Source of the DNA: Escherichia phage JSE
Length of the DNA stretch: 64,000 nucleotides
Direction: 5' to 3' (one strand)
Sequence record: EU863408
The notes under the pieces were generated by a model. The model saw nothing but the letters and a program-made list of their open reading frames with translations, was not told the origin of the DNA and did no database searches. Shown piece by piece: positions 44,501-53,800 of the stretch (the first letter of the stretch is position 1; each line of letters begins with the position of its first letter). The translations under genes and the position numbers were made by a program.

Positions 44501-44680
44501 AACAGCGAATTGTTCCACGGACTTAAAGCAAGCGAACGAAGATTTGCAATGAGTCCACTGTTTGACCAGTCGGCGGTAACATTCTCTATGTTCCGTGAAC
44601 TTGTAGATAAACGGTTGAAGGATAATATAGGGAATCCACGCGATCCGAAGAATCCGACACAGAGGAAAATTAATGGCTAA
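41594..44680 (+). CDS. 7: Baseplate wedge initiator gp7
   Basis: 1028 aa; synteny and size (T4 gp7 ~1030 aa). Confidence 0.85.
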   Translation: MIKAPSVTSLTIEKLSANQAYITWDDVGENFFYFVELAETRTRDGEIIPVDELSWVNLGYTAEQNWFEDKNLFPEYYYKFRVAVAAEGFEQSKWIETEEFQTFKTNAYNFSMMREFNLANEFVKQKFTYDNRDYIKFNTDLIQASLMKEDFVFSPEYANMTNISNYIVVDENFHEIQDHIEKVCIDINRTMLAEMNGVLYLFERFQPIVKVSNDKGQSWKAYKAFNDRVGNPVSRTCVYQSKTTTYVLGYDRIFYGRQARDTRWSADDVRFSDDTITFAKVGDENDLGFDVEVFGVFSRLTGDTTKYAEAMACSDDYLWVGAKDVIRRIRLKNTPVDTVQGSPTFGEKIFDPDVIRVTGNDKAVIQKMDVIDGKLLVFVTGEVKQRYQDPTKPENVVPSDDAGVYLIGSDGLSFQRVFGNTPQEREYIQHGFSNMSTNGDEVFISHYNHHFESILPDPETAAKYELGEAVKYSQEPTYLTDKKIHQTTFRASYDDLRIWELGPQAYYNEADYTWMRRNGVRVWITNDNRPLVVYPEVIYTQEVDTSGILDQNRVNREVYDKGTVTCYLNNVKFEGFKQYASGVMFHKNTGEIIGFYQFNYRVRDQVGVYWKPTNVAFVAELQNQVREVPWVPVHYDREQDPDLRPLLNKMTPDSFLLENENFRKFSEYYLQFLSDGSGTYYNKLKNLIKNKYPREQDAYEYLWSEMNKRNIYADKNKRDAVVRFFESRKSDFYSTKGVEASYKFLFKLLYNEDVEIEVESQAGLEYDIVVSSTNIDEDIVGRTIYTPTGRANVTYLEREYEGGRLRWRVTIHNLIGRFEEGQVIKSEKTAFEGMILVGVRGKELLSSSIDYINRSRSQYTMKIKSALPVSRYANDVMRFVHPVGFGFIGVTLLTMFINSGLSMRHVETIIQSLKNYKFDSGLPSVYPDRVADLDVDGNIKIDPLTGKPLYLTSPTIGEEFPVPPEYDQENSELFHGLKASERRFAMSPLFDQSAVTFSMFRELVDKRLKDNIGNPRDPKNPTQRKING

Positions 44681-45668
44681 TGAAAATAGTGTGATCTATC
44701 GCTCAATCATTACTAGCAAATTCAGAACAGAAAAACTTCTGAACTTCTATAATTCTGTAGGCGATGGAGCAAATCAAATTACAATTTATGGAACGTTTGG
44801 ACGTTCGGAGCCGTGGTCAGAAAACGAAAAAGAGGTGGGCTTTGCCCCACCTTATCCGACCGATTCAACGGCTGGTGTTGTTGACATGTGGACCCATATG
44901 ATGGGGGCGGTTAAGATTAACAAATCACTTCTTGATGCGGTTATCCCTCGTAAAGATTGGGGTGATACCGGACAGGATAACCCGCGCACATTCTTTATCA
45001 ATGACATTGTTGTTGTCAACTCAGCACCATATAACCGAACTGATGTTGGTAGCGGCTGGATGGTGTATCGCGTAACCGATGTTCCTGAACGCGGTTACTG
45101 CTCGATTTCAAGCATTGACGCTAAAGTAGAGTGTTTGAAGTTGGGCGGAAAGTGGACCCCCACTCATGAATCAATTGCGCCACCTGTAGGAAAGGGCGAT
45201 TCTATTGATATGGGTGATGGGTATCGTTGGGAATATCTGTACACAATTCCACCTGATGCGGCGATCAACCGTTGCACCAATGAACATATTGTTGTACCGT
45301 TCCCCGATGAACTGCGACAAGATCCGGCGCGTTGGGGCTATGACAATGTGATCACATGGTATAATGACTATAATCTTCTTTATCGGCTGAAAGTAGTAAC
45401 TTTGCGTTTTCAGGCTTATATGGACTCTGCGCAATTCCCAACTACCGCGTTAGTGGGTAATACTGGTTTCCGTCAGTTAAGCATTATCCTTAACCCATTG
45501 GAAAAGAAAGCACGCCCTAGCGATCCAGACGTTAAAGCGGTCAAAGATAAGTACCGACCGCAAGACTTAGAGCCACACTCAGGCGAAATGATCTACATGG
45601 AAAACCGACAACCTATCGTTCGGTCATTAGATCAAACAGAACTTGTTTCTGTATTGTTTGAGTTCTAA
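44673..45668 (+). CDS. 8: Baseplate wedge protein gp8
   Basis: 331 aa; synteny and size (T4 gp8 334 aa). Confidence 0.85.
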   Translation: MANENSVIYRSIITSKFRTEKLLNFYNSVGDGANQITIYGTFGRSEPWSENEKEVGFAPPYPTDSTAGVVDMWTHMMGAVKINKSLLDAVIPRKDWGDTGQDNPRTFFINDIVVVNSAPYNRTDVGSGWMVYRVTDVPERGYCSISSIDAKVECLKLGGKWTPTHESIAPPVGKGDSIDMGDGYRWEYLYTIPPDAAINRCTNEHIVVPFPDELRQDPARWGYDNVITWYNDYNLLYRLKVVTLRFQAYMDSAQFPTTALVGNTGFRQLSIILNPLEKKARPSDPDVKAVKDKYRPQDLEPHSGEMIYMENRQPIVRSLDQTELVSVLFEF

Positions 45669-45683
45669 GTGTATGATTTTAAA

Positions 45684-45715
45684 AGCCAATTCGAGAGAGT
45701 TGGCTTTTTCCATTT
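45684..45715 (+). terminator. Rho-independent terminator after gene 8 (9 bp stem, GAGA loop, U run)
   Basis: AGCCAAUUC-GAGA-GAGUUGGCU followed by UUUUUCCAUUUUU. Confidence 0.7.
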
Positions 45716-45721
45716 TTGGTG

Positions 45722-45749
45722 TTGACAATCTTATTTGGTAAGGTATAAT
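45722..45749 (+). promoter_or_regulatory. Sigma70-like early promoter TTGACA-16-TATAAT on plus strand inside the late baseplate cluster
   Basis: Consensus hexamers; followed by ACGGAGGATAAATT-ATG. Confidence 0.7.
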
Positions 45750-45778
45750 ACACACATCTAAACAACGGAGGATAAATT

Positions 45779-46036
45779 ATGGCACGTCGTAAATTTACAG
45801 ATAATTGTGAAGCAATTCAGGTATCCCCTTGCGGTTGGGATGTGATCGCGAACGGTGAAAAGATCGGCGAGATCATCGATCATACTCATTCATCACTAGC
45901 CGATTACACCGATGAACTATGGGAGGGTATCAACTTCATGAATGACACTAAACGATTCAAGACTATCGACGAAGCTATCTATTTTGTGTATAATCCAACT
46001 TTCGGTATGTGGGGAACTAGAAAATGGCACGCGTAA
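45779..46036 (+). CDS. Hypothetical protein (85 aa), first gene of inserted early cassette
   Basis: GGAGGA RBS; no recognisable family. Confidence 0.5.
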   Translation: MARRKFTDNCEAIQVSPCGWDVIANGEKIGEIIDHTHSSLADYTDELWEGINFMNDTKRFKTIDEAIYFVYNPTFGMWGTRKWHA

Positions 46037-46356
46037 ATATTAAATTGCATTACACAATGAATAAAGCTAAGTTCCCAATGCAAAAGCATTACTATGGTCT
46101 ACGTGCACAAGATCCTAAACTCTATGGTACTCATTGGTTTTGTAAACATGATAACCAATGGCACACATACGAAGAAATGCATGAGATGATGAAACAGGGT
46201 ATTGAATTTAGTTATTCTAATTATGACCATCGTATAACTTGCATTCGAAAATTGAAACGATGGATTCGTAAGAATCCGCAATTTAAAAACTTTGTGTTCT
46301 TTATGTCTCATGTTTATTTGGGACATAGCGTTACCGTCACAGCAAAGGTTAAATAA
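46024..46356 (+). CDS. Hypothetical protein (110 aa, His/Trp/Tyr-rich)
   Basis: ORF overlapping neighbours by a few nt. Confidence 0.45.
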   Translation: MARVNIKLHYTMNKAKFPMQKHYYGLRAQDPKLYGTHWFCKHDNQWHTYEEMHEMMKQGIEFSYSNYDHRITCIRKLKRWIRKNPQFKNFVFFMSHVYLGHSVTVTAKVK

Positions 46357-47195
46357 TGGCACGACTTTCTAAACAAGAACAAAAATTACACGATCGGGTG
46401 ATGGAGTTGATTAATTCAGATCGCCCATTGACATATGAAGAAAAAGAATTTTGCTATAATAACTATCATGGCGATGGTCTAGGCGGTTCAGGTGCATTCT
46501 TTACCCCAGAAGGGCTTGCATGGGATTTTACCATCGATGCACATTGCACAGGAAAAGTATTAGATCTTTGTGCTGGGATCGGTCGCTTATCTTTTTGTAT
46601 GTTACATCGTTGTAAGCCAGAAAAGATCGTATGCGTCGAACTCAATCCAGAATTTGCGCGGATTGGCAAGAGACTATTACCGGAGGCAGAATGGATCACC
46701 AGCGATGTATTCGAATTTGAGTCAAACGAAAAATTCGATGTGGTGATCAGCAATCCACCTTTCGGGAAAATCAATACAACCGACACAAAGGATGTATTTG
46801 AGTACACTGGCGGCGAATTTGAATTTAAGGTTATGACATTAGGCCAGAAGTTTGCCGATGTAGGTTATTTTATTGTTCCTACTGGTTCCGCTGGTTTTGC
46901 TTATTCCGGCAGACCTTATTATGACGGGAGCATGAAGTCTAATAAATATCTAAAATGGAGCAAACAAACTGGTTTGGTGACTTACGCCGGATGTGGGATC
47001 GATACATCAATCTATCGCGATGAATGGCATAGTACCAACGTTTTAACAGAAGTGGTTGAGGTTCGGTATTACGAGAAAGAAGCTGTAGAAGCGCCTAAAT
47101 CACGTCCTAACGAACAAATAGAAGAAAGTAAGGAGATTACCTTACCGAAACAGGAAAGCGAGTCTGGGACGCTCTCAGATTTGTTTGACATTTAA
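46356..47195 (+). CDS. Orphan DNA methyltransferase, gamma-class (probable N6-adenine), 279 aa
   Basis: AFFTPEG (motif X), VLDLCAGIGRLSF (motif I), DVVISNPPFGK (motif IV) in gamma order X-I-IV. Confidence 0.75.
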   Translation: MARLSKQEQKLHDRVMELINSDRPLTYEEKEFCYNNYHGDGLGGSGAFFTPEGLAWDFTIDAHCTGKVLDLCAGIGRLSFCMLHRCKPEKIVCVELNPEFARIGKRLLPEAEWITSDVFEFESNEKFDVVISNPPFGKINTTDTKDVFEYTGGEFEFKVMTLGQKFADVGYFIVPTGSAGFAYSGRPYYDGSMKSNKYLKWSKQTGLVTYAGCGIDTSIYRDEWHSTNVLTEVVEVRYYEKEAVEAPKSRPNEQIEESKEITLPKQESESGTLSDLFDI

Positions 47196-47200
47196 TTATA

Positions 47201-47226
47201 AGCCGTCCTTGTGGGCGGCTTTTTTG
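47201..47226 (+). terminator. Rho-independent terminator after methyltransferase cassette
   Basis: GCCGUCC-UUGU-GGGCGGC + UUUUUUG. Confidence 0.75.
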
Positions 47227-47235
47227 TATGTATTT

Positions 47236-47243
47236 TATAAATA
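47236..47243 (+). promoter_or_regulatory. T4-type late promoter TATAAATA upstream of gene 9
   Basis: Exact TATAAATA 28 nt upstream of ATG 47271. Confidence 0.7.
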
Positions 47244-47270
47244 ATACATCATAACATGAGGAATTAAACA

Positions 47271-48125
47271 ATGGCACAAGTTCCAAAGAAAAGAATAGAC
47301 ACAGGTACTGTCGGCAATCCCAGCACCGGGGACATCCTCTATGACGGCGGTAATAAAATTAACGATAACTTTGATTCAATATATGACGCATTTGCTGATC
47401 AACGGTTTAAAGACGTAGACCACGGCGTAGGAAGAATGGTTATTCATGCAACCGGATACTATCAGAAACATCCACGTCAAAGCTACTCTGGTTCCGCTGT
47501 TGAGATTGGGAGTCTACACGATATCGATACAACTCAAGGCGCACTTATTGCTATTCTACCTAAAGCAAAGGTCGGTGAGGGTGTTGTATTCATAAATAGT
47601 AACGGTAGCCTTTCAACGACTACACCGCTCAATATTCGAACTCAAGCAGGTGATTCTATTAGCGGGTATTCCGGTGATGCTACAATAACACAACCATTTT
47701 CAAAAGTCACTGTTTGGTGTACTGCCGTTGAAGGTAGTCGCGTAACATGGCGATTGGGTATCGAAAGTATGTTTACCGATACAACAACGCCATTAGATAA
47801 AACAGTTAACGTAACTGGAGTAGCAACAAACGTTGCTATTGCCGCAAAAACAGAATACGTTTCCATCAAATTATTAACTACCGCTAGCAATACATCCGGT
47901 TCAAAAATGCGTTCAAGTGAAACGCTACTGATGATTGATTCTAAAGCCGGAAAAGTTTATGCGACGGAATATGCAGTTTTGCAGAAGACAGAAGACGAAT
48001 TATACACGGTTCGTTATTTCATCGGTTCCGGCGATAAAGTATATGCAGAGTATAAGGCTACTGGCGAAAATATTCGTTTAGCAGTTAAAGCCGTAGACAC
48101 TATTAAAATCGGGGTTGCTACATGA
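47271..48125 (+). CDS. 9: Baseplate wedge/long tail fiber socket protein gp9
   Basis: 284 aa; synteny and size (T4 gp9 288 aa). Confidence 0.8.
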   Translation: MAQVPKKRIDTGTVGNPSTGDILYDGGNKINDNFDSIYDAFADQRFKDVDHGVGRMVIHATGYYQKHPRQSYSGSAVEIGSLHDIDTTQGALIAILPKAKVGEGVVFINSNGSLSTTTPLNIRTQAGDSISGYSGDATITQPFSKVTVWCTAVEGSRVTWRLGIESMFTDTTTPLDKTVNVTGVATNVAIAAKTEYVSIKLLTTASNTSGSKMRSSETLLMIDSKAGKVYATEYAVLQKTEDELYTVRYFIGSGDKVYAEYKATGENIRLAVKAVDTIKIGVAT

Positions 48126-49924
48126 AACAATTAATTAATATCGGTAACGTTGTTGATGACGGTACAGGTGATTATCTAAGAAAAGGCGGTCAAAAGATTA
48201 ATGACAACTTTTCTGAACTTTATACTAAGCTGGGGGATGGTGATATCCCTCATGCATCCGGCGCGTGGAAAACTCACACACAACCAGTATTAAAACCAAA
48301 TTTTGGTGATGCATGGGCGATTAATACAACGAACAACGCTGTTTCTGTTGAATTGCCTAAAGGTGGAGTTGGTGATTATAACAAGACAATTAAACTTCGT
48401 GATGTTTGGCGCTCGTGGGCGTCTCATAACGTAACACTTAAGCCAGCACAAGGTGATACCATTAAGGGATCTCCAATCGACCGTGAGTTGTATAAAGATT
48501 TTATGGATGTTGAACTGGTTTATTGTGCGCCTGGACGCTGGGAATATATCGAAAACAAGCGAGTTGACACGATCACCACGTCTGACCTAAGCACAGTAGC
48601 TAAGGAAGTTTATATTGCCACAGAAGGGCAAACAGATTTCCCTAATGTATTTGGTTCTAACACATATAACACTCGAAATGTTGAAGTATATTATCGAGGA
48701 AACCTTTTATATTATGGCAAGTCTTTTAGTAATGACTCTAACTACGGTTCAATTGGTGAGGATGGATCACTTGTTGAACTTGATGGCAAAAGCATAAAAC
48801 TTCGTTTTCCTTGTTCGGCTGGGGATACCGTTCAAATTATTACATATATGGACGGAATTGCATCATTCCGATCTAGTTATATCACACACACAATTAGAGT
48901 GTATGATACCGGAATGACAGCACTAGAAACTATTCCTGGTGAAGTGTGGGTAGGTGATTTATCGACGAAAAAAGAATTTACCAATGCTGATTTGGGAGTT
49001 AGTAAACGTGATATAATTAACCCAAATTCATTTGAGTTATTAATAAATGGTACTCAAATGATTAAAGCTGGTGATGCTGATCTTCCTTCGTTTGTTTGTG
49101 AAGGTGCTGACGGAGAAACCGAAGAGAGTTGCGCACTTGCTGGCGGTCAGTGGGTACAGTCTGGAGAAGATTATTCACTGGTATTTGATGAGAATAGCAT
49201 TGTAACAGGGATTAAATTAGCTAAAGCGTTGGACAATAGAGATACTATAACAATTCGTTGGTTTAATAACGATATCGGAACTCTATTAGAATGGGATGGT
49301 GTCGGCGGAATTAAAGAAAAAGCAGACAAGATTTATCTCAATAACGAAGACGAAGTTAATTTAACAAAACAAATTGAATATACCGACTTCCAGAATCCTA
49401 GCCAGAAAAACACTCGTCCGGCGGAAGAGTATTCAGGTCGAATTATGGATATATATGCACTGTTTGATATTTTCCATCCGATCGGCACGATATACGAAAA
49501 CGCACATAACCCAGCTAACCCAGCGACATATATGGGTATTGGTATCTGGGTTCGGTATGCGGAAGGAGAATTTCTTGCTGGTTGGTCTTCCGATGCCAGC
49601 GACCAGAATTTTGCATTAAACAATAACGATCTTGATATTCATGGACAACCTACACACACCGCTGGTGGTACTGGTGGTGAAGTTGCCTATCAAATCAAGA
49701 AAGATATGATTCCTGAATTACAATCCAGCGATCGTGTTTTGGTGAAAGACGATACAGGGTCAATTATCATTGGTGGTTGTCAAGTTGACCCTGATGCGGC
49801 AGGTCCAGCGTTTACGAAATATAGAGAGGATATCGTAAAAGTTAATTCTGGAAATGCTGATCCATCAATGATGGGTATTCTTCCTCCATATCGCACCGTT
49901 CATCGCTGGTTAAGGGTAGGTTAA
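48122..49924 (+). CDS. 10: Baseplate wedge protein gp10
   Basis: 600 aa; synteny and size (T4 gp10 602 aa). Confidence 0.85.
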   Translation: MKQLINIGNVVDDGTGDYLRKGGQKINDNFSELYTKLGDGDIPHASGAWKTHTQPVLKPNFGDAWAINTTNNAVSVELPKGGVGDYNKTIKLRDVWRSWASHNVTLKPAQGDTIKGSPIDRELYKDFMDVELVYCAPGRWEYIENKRVDTITTSDLSTVAKEVYIATEGQTDFPNVFGSNTYNTRNVEVYYRGNLLYYGKSFSNDSNYGSIGEDGSLVELDGKSIKLRFPCSAGDTVQIITYMDGIASFRSSYITHTIRVYDTGMTALETIPGEVWVGDLSTKKEFTNADLGVSKRDIINPNSFELLINGTQMIKAGDADLPSFVCEGADGETEESCALAGGQWVQSGEDYSLVFDENSIVTGIKLAKALDNRDTITIRWFNNDIGTLLEWDGVGGIKEKADKIYLNNEDEVNLTKQIEYTDFQNPSQKNTRPAEEYSGRIMDIYALFDIFHPIGTIYENAHNPANPATYMGIGIWVRYAEGEFLAGWSSDASDQNFALNNNDLDIHGQPTHTAGGTGGEVAYQIKKDMIPELQSSDRVLVKDDTGSIIIGGCQVDPDAAGPAFTKYREDIVKVNSGNADPSMMGILPPYRTVHRWLRVG

Positions 49925-49925
49925 T

Positions 49926-50570
49926 ATGATTTCTAAAACACGTTCTAAAGCAAGCGTATTTTCTAGCGACGCAGCATTCATTTCATACGATCCGGGGTCT
50001 AAAGACCCCATTATTGGTGACATTCGCCCAATTGGTGGATTAAACGTAGACCAATCTCGCAAAGGTTCTTTTATTAACAACGTACAATCAGCCATTGATG
50101 ATTTGTATAGCATTTCTATGCTTAATGTCGGTGATGTATTGGTAACTACAAATTCAACTCCACCGGAAGCGGCGGGACAAATAGAAACTCTTTCTTTCAC
50201 TGGAACGGTAACAAATAAACACGATCCAGCCGCGAAAAAAGTTGTGATTGAAGTTTTGGGTTATCCATTTGTTGTTAATGTTGGAACATCGAATGTTGCA
50301 TTATGCGAAATGGTCACAACAAAATTTACTGAATTGAAAGACAAAAGCATCCTGTTCTCTAAAGTTCAGAGGAAAGGCACTGGCAACGATCAAATAGAGA
50401 TTCAGTATATTGATTCAAACGCACACGAAGCAACGGTCGTAGAAAAATATGGTATTAGCGTTCGTGGGGAAATAAATTCCCCTGCTCGTTATGGTTATGG
50501 TGCATGGTCCAGATTGGGAACGGAAGAAAAATTTGATTCAACACTATTTTATTTTAAGCGTATTGCGTAA
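49926..50570 (+). CDS. 11: Baseplate wedge/short tail fiber attachment protein gp11
   Basis: 214 aa; synteny and size (T4 gp11 219 aa). Confidence 0.8.
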   Translation: MISKTRSKASVFSSDAAFISYDPGSKDPIIGDIRPIGGLNVDQSRKGSFINNVQSAIDDLYSISMLNVGDVLVTTNSTPPEAAGQIETLSFTGTVTNKHDPAAKKVVIEVLGYPFVVNVGTSNVALCEMVTTKFTELKDKSILFSKVQRKGTGNDQIEIQYIDSNAHEATVVEKYGISVRGEINSPARYGYGAWSRLGTEEKFDSTLFYFKRIA

Positions 50571-50581
50571 GGTGTAAAATT

Positions 50582-51985
50582 ATGAATAACACTATTAATC
50601 ACGTAAAAGACGATGCACAGTATGTTAAGTTTGACCCTACCGGAAATTGGCCTAGCAATATAAAAAACGTACAAGCGGCATTAGCCGCTATTCAGGGATT
50701 TGCTATTGCAGGTCTTCCAACGGCAACCGAAGAAACAGCGGGTATTGCTGAAATTGCTACTCAACAAGAAGTAGATGATGGGTTGGATGGAACTAAAATT
50801 GTTACCCCCAAAACATTGGCTGTTAAGCTGTCAAGACCGGACGCAACAAAACTTGTCAAAGGGATCACTCGCTATGCTAATAACGATGAAGCTATGGGCG
50901 ATACTCCAAATATTGCAATTGGTCCTGATACATTAACCCATGTATTCGAGAATAAGAAAGCAACGGAAACCGTACAGGGTACAATTAAAATCTGTTCTAT
51001 GGATGCGGCAAAAATCGGTAGTGATGACACTATGGCGGTCACGCCTAAAAAGATGCACGCTGCTATTGCTCAGATTGTTCCTGGGTTGATTCCAGAACAA
51101 AACACGGCGACCGAGTCCCGTGAGGGTTTAGTTCGACTGGCGACAAGCCAACAAACGCTTGCTGGTACTATCAGAGAAGGATTTGCCGTTAGCCCATATG
51201 CATTTTCCAACGCAAGAGCCAATGAAAATCAGGCGGGTACTGTTAAAATTGCGTCATCCCAACAAATGATTGACGGTAATGACAACACAGTAGTAGTATC
51301 AGCACAAAAATTTGCGAACACTAAAGCAACCACTGGACAATTCGGTGTTGTTAAGCTAACAGATAACCCAGGATCAGGCGAGGCAAACACAGCACTGTCG
51401 GCAAACGCTCGTGTATTGCCTCTAAGTGGTGGTGTCGTTACTGGTGATGTGTATCGTCATAGTGGAGGCGACGGAAACCAGTTTATCATTAAAAATGAAC
51501 TGGATGGTCTTTGTATGCCTATTGGTGGCATCATTCTTACAGCATTTAACAGTTTCGACCACGCACAATTCAAAATCTGCAACGGTCAATGGTTAAATAA
51601 ACACCAATATCCAGTATTATTTTCACGAATCGGTTTCACTTACGGCGGAGATGGCGGAGACAACTTTGCTCTACCCGATATGCGAGGGCTTGTTGCTAGA
51701 GGATGCGACCACGGTCGAGGACTAGACCCAGGTCGTGGATTTGGTACTTATCAAGACGACACCATGCAACATATGACAGGTAACTTCCCTGTAGCCAACC
51801 GTTGGCGAGGTTGGACTGGTGGTGTATTTGCCATCACAGGCGGTCAATGGAGCACGAACTATAAAAACGGTGGTGGTGATGATTGGGGTAGTATTGTTAA
51901 CTTTGACAGCGCAAGACAGGTTAGAACGTCTGGCGAAACTCGCGTTAAAAGCCTTGCATTAAACTACATGATAAGGGTACAATAA
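50582..51985 (+). CDS. 12: Short tail fiber protein gp12
   Basis: 467 aa; N-terminal alanine-rich repeats, C-terminal His-containing head region; synteny. Confidence 0.8.
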   Translation: MNNTINHVKDDAQYVKFDPTGNWPSNIKNVQAALAAIQGFAIAGLPTATEETAGIAEIATQQEVDDGLDGTKIVTPKTLAVKLSRPDATKLVKGITRYANNDEAMGDTPNIAIGPDTLTHVFENKKATETVQGTIKICSMDAAKIGSDDTMAVTPKKMHAAIAQIVPGLIPEQNTATESREGLVRLATSQQTLAGTIREGFAVSPYAFSNARANENQAGTVKIASSQQMIDGNDNTVVVSAQKFANTKATTGQFGVVKLTDNPGSGEANTALSANARVLPLSGGVVTGDVYRHSGGDGNQFIIKNELDGLCMPIGGIILTAFNSFDHAQFKICNGQWLNKHQYPVLFSRIGFTYGGDGGDNFALPDMRGLVARGCDHGRGLDPGRGFGTYQDDTMQHMTGNFPVANRWRGWTGGVFAITGGQWSTNYKNGGGDDWGSIVNFDSARQVRTSGETRVKSLALNYMIRVQ

Positions 51986-53754
51986 TGATCGAACAGTTAA
52001 ACATTCGAAAGATCCCTAACGTCGATGGTGTCCCTGGAGAGGGACAGCATTCTATTAGCTGGATTAAAAATGGTGAATGTCTAAGCGCAGCAACCACAGA
52101 AACAGGACACGAGGGGACGCTTAACCGCGCCCCTTATGCGATTCAAGAAAATATTGTTCGTCTGGATGAAAATTCTAAGACAACGGTAACAAAAGTTAAC
52201 GAAGTTGTTACAGCAGTTAATGATATTAAAACTACTTTAGGCGCGGTTGCTGATGGTAGTATTATTGATATTGTCAATCAAACTATTGCAAAGGTTGATT
52301 CTGTAGAAGAAAATTTAGGAGAAACTTCAAGGATATTACAAACCACAGTAGATGAACTGGCAGAGACAGGAAAGAAAATTGGTGTTCGTCCGGCAGCAGA
52401 TCCGAGTACACGAACAATATATGATGATATTTCTTTCATCAAACAAGAATTGGGCGCTTTCCCTAACTTCAATATCAACGGTTCTCCAGATCCGGGTAGT
52501 TCCGGTTCCGGTATCAAATATCGAGTTATCCAGAATACGGAAGCATTAAACAACCACGGTCAGCGAATCCGCCAACTAGAAAACGACTGGCAAGATTCTG
52601 ACGTTGGAGAGCTAACAAAACAAGTTAACAAAATGCGAAGCGAGCTAGGCGATACATCACTAGCAACACAGGACAATGTTTATCTTCGTCTTCGCACAAA
52701 TACTCGCAATATCGCTAGTATATCAAACGAAGTTCAGGAAGTAAAGAAAGCGATTCTATTTGAATCAATTCCTGATATCGGGACTAAAGTAACTAAGCTA
52801 CAATCTGATTATACACAGCTTAATGATGAAGTCAACGGCGTTGACGCTGGTATCCGTCCTCGTTTAACTCTTCTGGAAAATAATATTGGCAATCCTCAAG
52901 CCGCTGGAAGTATTGATTATCGATTGACTAATCAAGAACGGGAATTTGTAGATCTTAAATCTGTTGTCGGTGTTAGTGGTGCTGATGGTCTACGTGGTGA
53001 GGTTGCACGAATCTCTAACACAGTTGGTACTGATAGTGAGCGTCATACTATCGCAGGTCGTCTAAAAATTGTCGAAAACACACAGGGACGACTAGAAGCT
53101 AGCGTACAGGATATCGAGCAAATGATCGGCGATCGAGATTCCGGTCTAACCGCCGGGGTTATTAAGCTGTCAAGCGACATGTACGGCAATCCAGAAGGAA
53201 GCACGCAGCTTGAACAAGATGGGATCGTGAAAACTGTTAAGGAATTGAGCACATCAAATGCAAGCAAGGTAACAGACGTTCCTGATGATGGTTTCCATTA
53301 TCTACGTAAGCACGGGGAATGGGTTCAGGTCGCATGGGCGGCTGGTGCATTTAAAAACACCGCTCAGATTGATATTACTCTCGACGGACAAGATCAATAC
53401 AAAGGAATCCCGCTAAACGATATGACCGAAGAAGTTCCTGCGCGTGGAATGGTTAAGAGCGAATCTCTTGTTACGGTTAACGACAAAGGCTTATTCCGTT
53501 GTGATTTCCGTTGTTCTGTAAATGCGGCACATAACGCTACTTTCGTAGTCGGTATTGCTAAAAATGGTCTGATTGTACATGAGGTACGAAATGGTCATTA
53601 TGGACCTGATGATTTAATTAGCTATTCTACCAGTGCTTTCCTAAATATTGAAAAGGGCGACCGGATCGATATTCGCATTAAGGGCGTATCCGAAGAAGCA
53701 TTAGCGCAACAGCTACAAATTAAAGAGTTCCTCTTTGGAATTTCTCCGGTATAA
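51985..53754 (+). CDS. wac: Fibritin (whisker) Wac with internal foldon-like motif and extra C-terminal domain
   Basis: Long coiled-coil; DDGFHYLRKHGEWVQV (53284..53331) resembles T4 foldon DGQAYVRKDGEWVLL; ~140 aa follow the foldon. Confidence 0.75.
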   Translation: MIEQLNIRKIPNVDGVPGEGQHSISWIKNGECLSAATTETGHEGTLNRAPYAIQENIVRLDENSKTTVTKVNEVVTAVNDIKTTLGAVADGSIIDIVNQTIAKVDSVEENLGETSRILQTTVDELAETGKKIGVRPAADPSTRTIYDDISFIKQELGAFPNFNINGSPDPGSSGSGIKYRVIQNTEALNNHGQRIRQLENDWQDSDVGELTKQVNKMRSELGDTSLATQDNVYLRLRTNTRNIASISNEVQEVKKAILFESIPDIGTKVTKLQSDYTQLNDEVNGVDAGIRPRLTLLENNIGNPQAAGSIDYRLTNQEREFVDLKSVVGVSGADGLRGEVARISNTVGTDSERHTIAGRLKIVENTQGRLEASVQDIEQMIGDRDSGLTAGVIKLSSDMYGNPEGSTQLEQDGIVKTVKELSTSNASKVTDVPDDGFHYLRKHGEWVQVAWAAGAFKNTAQIDITLDGQDQYKGIPLNDMTEEVPARGMVKSESLVTVNDKGLFRCDFRCSVNAAHNATFVVGIAKNGLIVHEVRNGHYGPDDLISYSTSAFLNIEKGDRIDIRIKGVSEEALAQQLQIKEFLFGISPV

Positions 53755-53762
53755 GAAATTAA

Positions 53763-53785
53763 AGGGGCGTTAAGCCCCTTTTTCG
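53763..53785 (+). terminator. Terminator after wac (AGGGGC-GUUAA-GCCCCU + UUUUU)
   Basis: Perfect 6 bp stem and U run. Confidence 0.7.
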
Positions 53786-53800
53786 TTTATAGGTGATATT

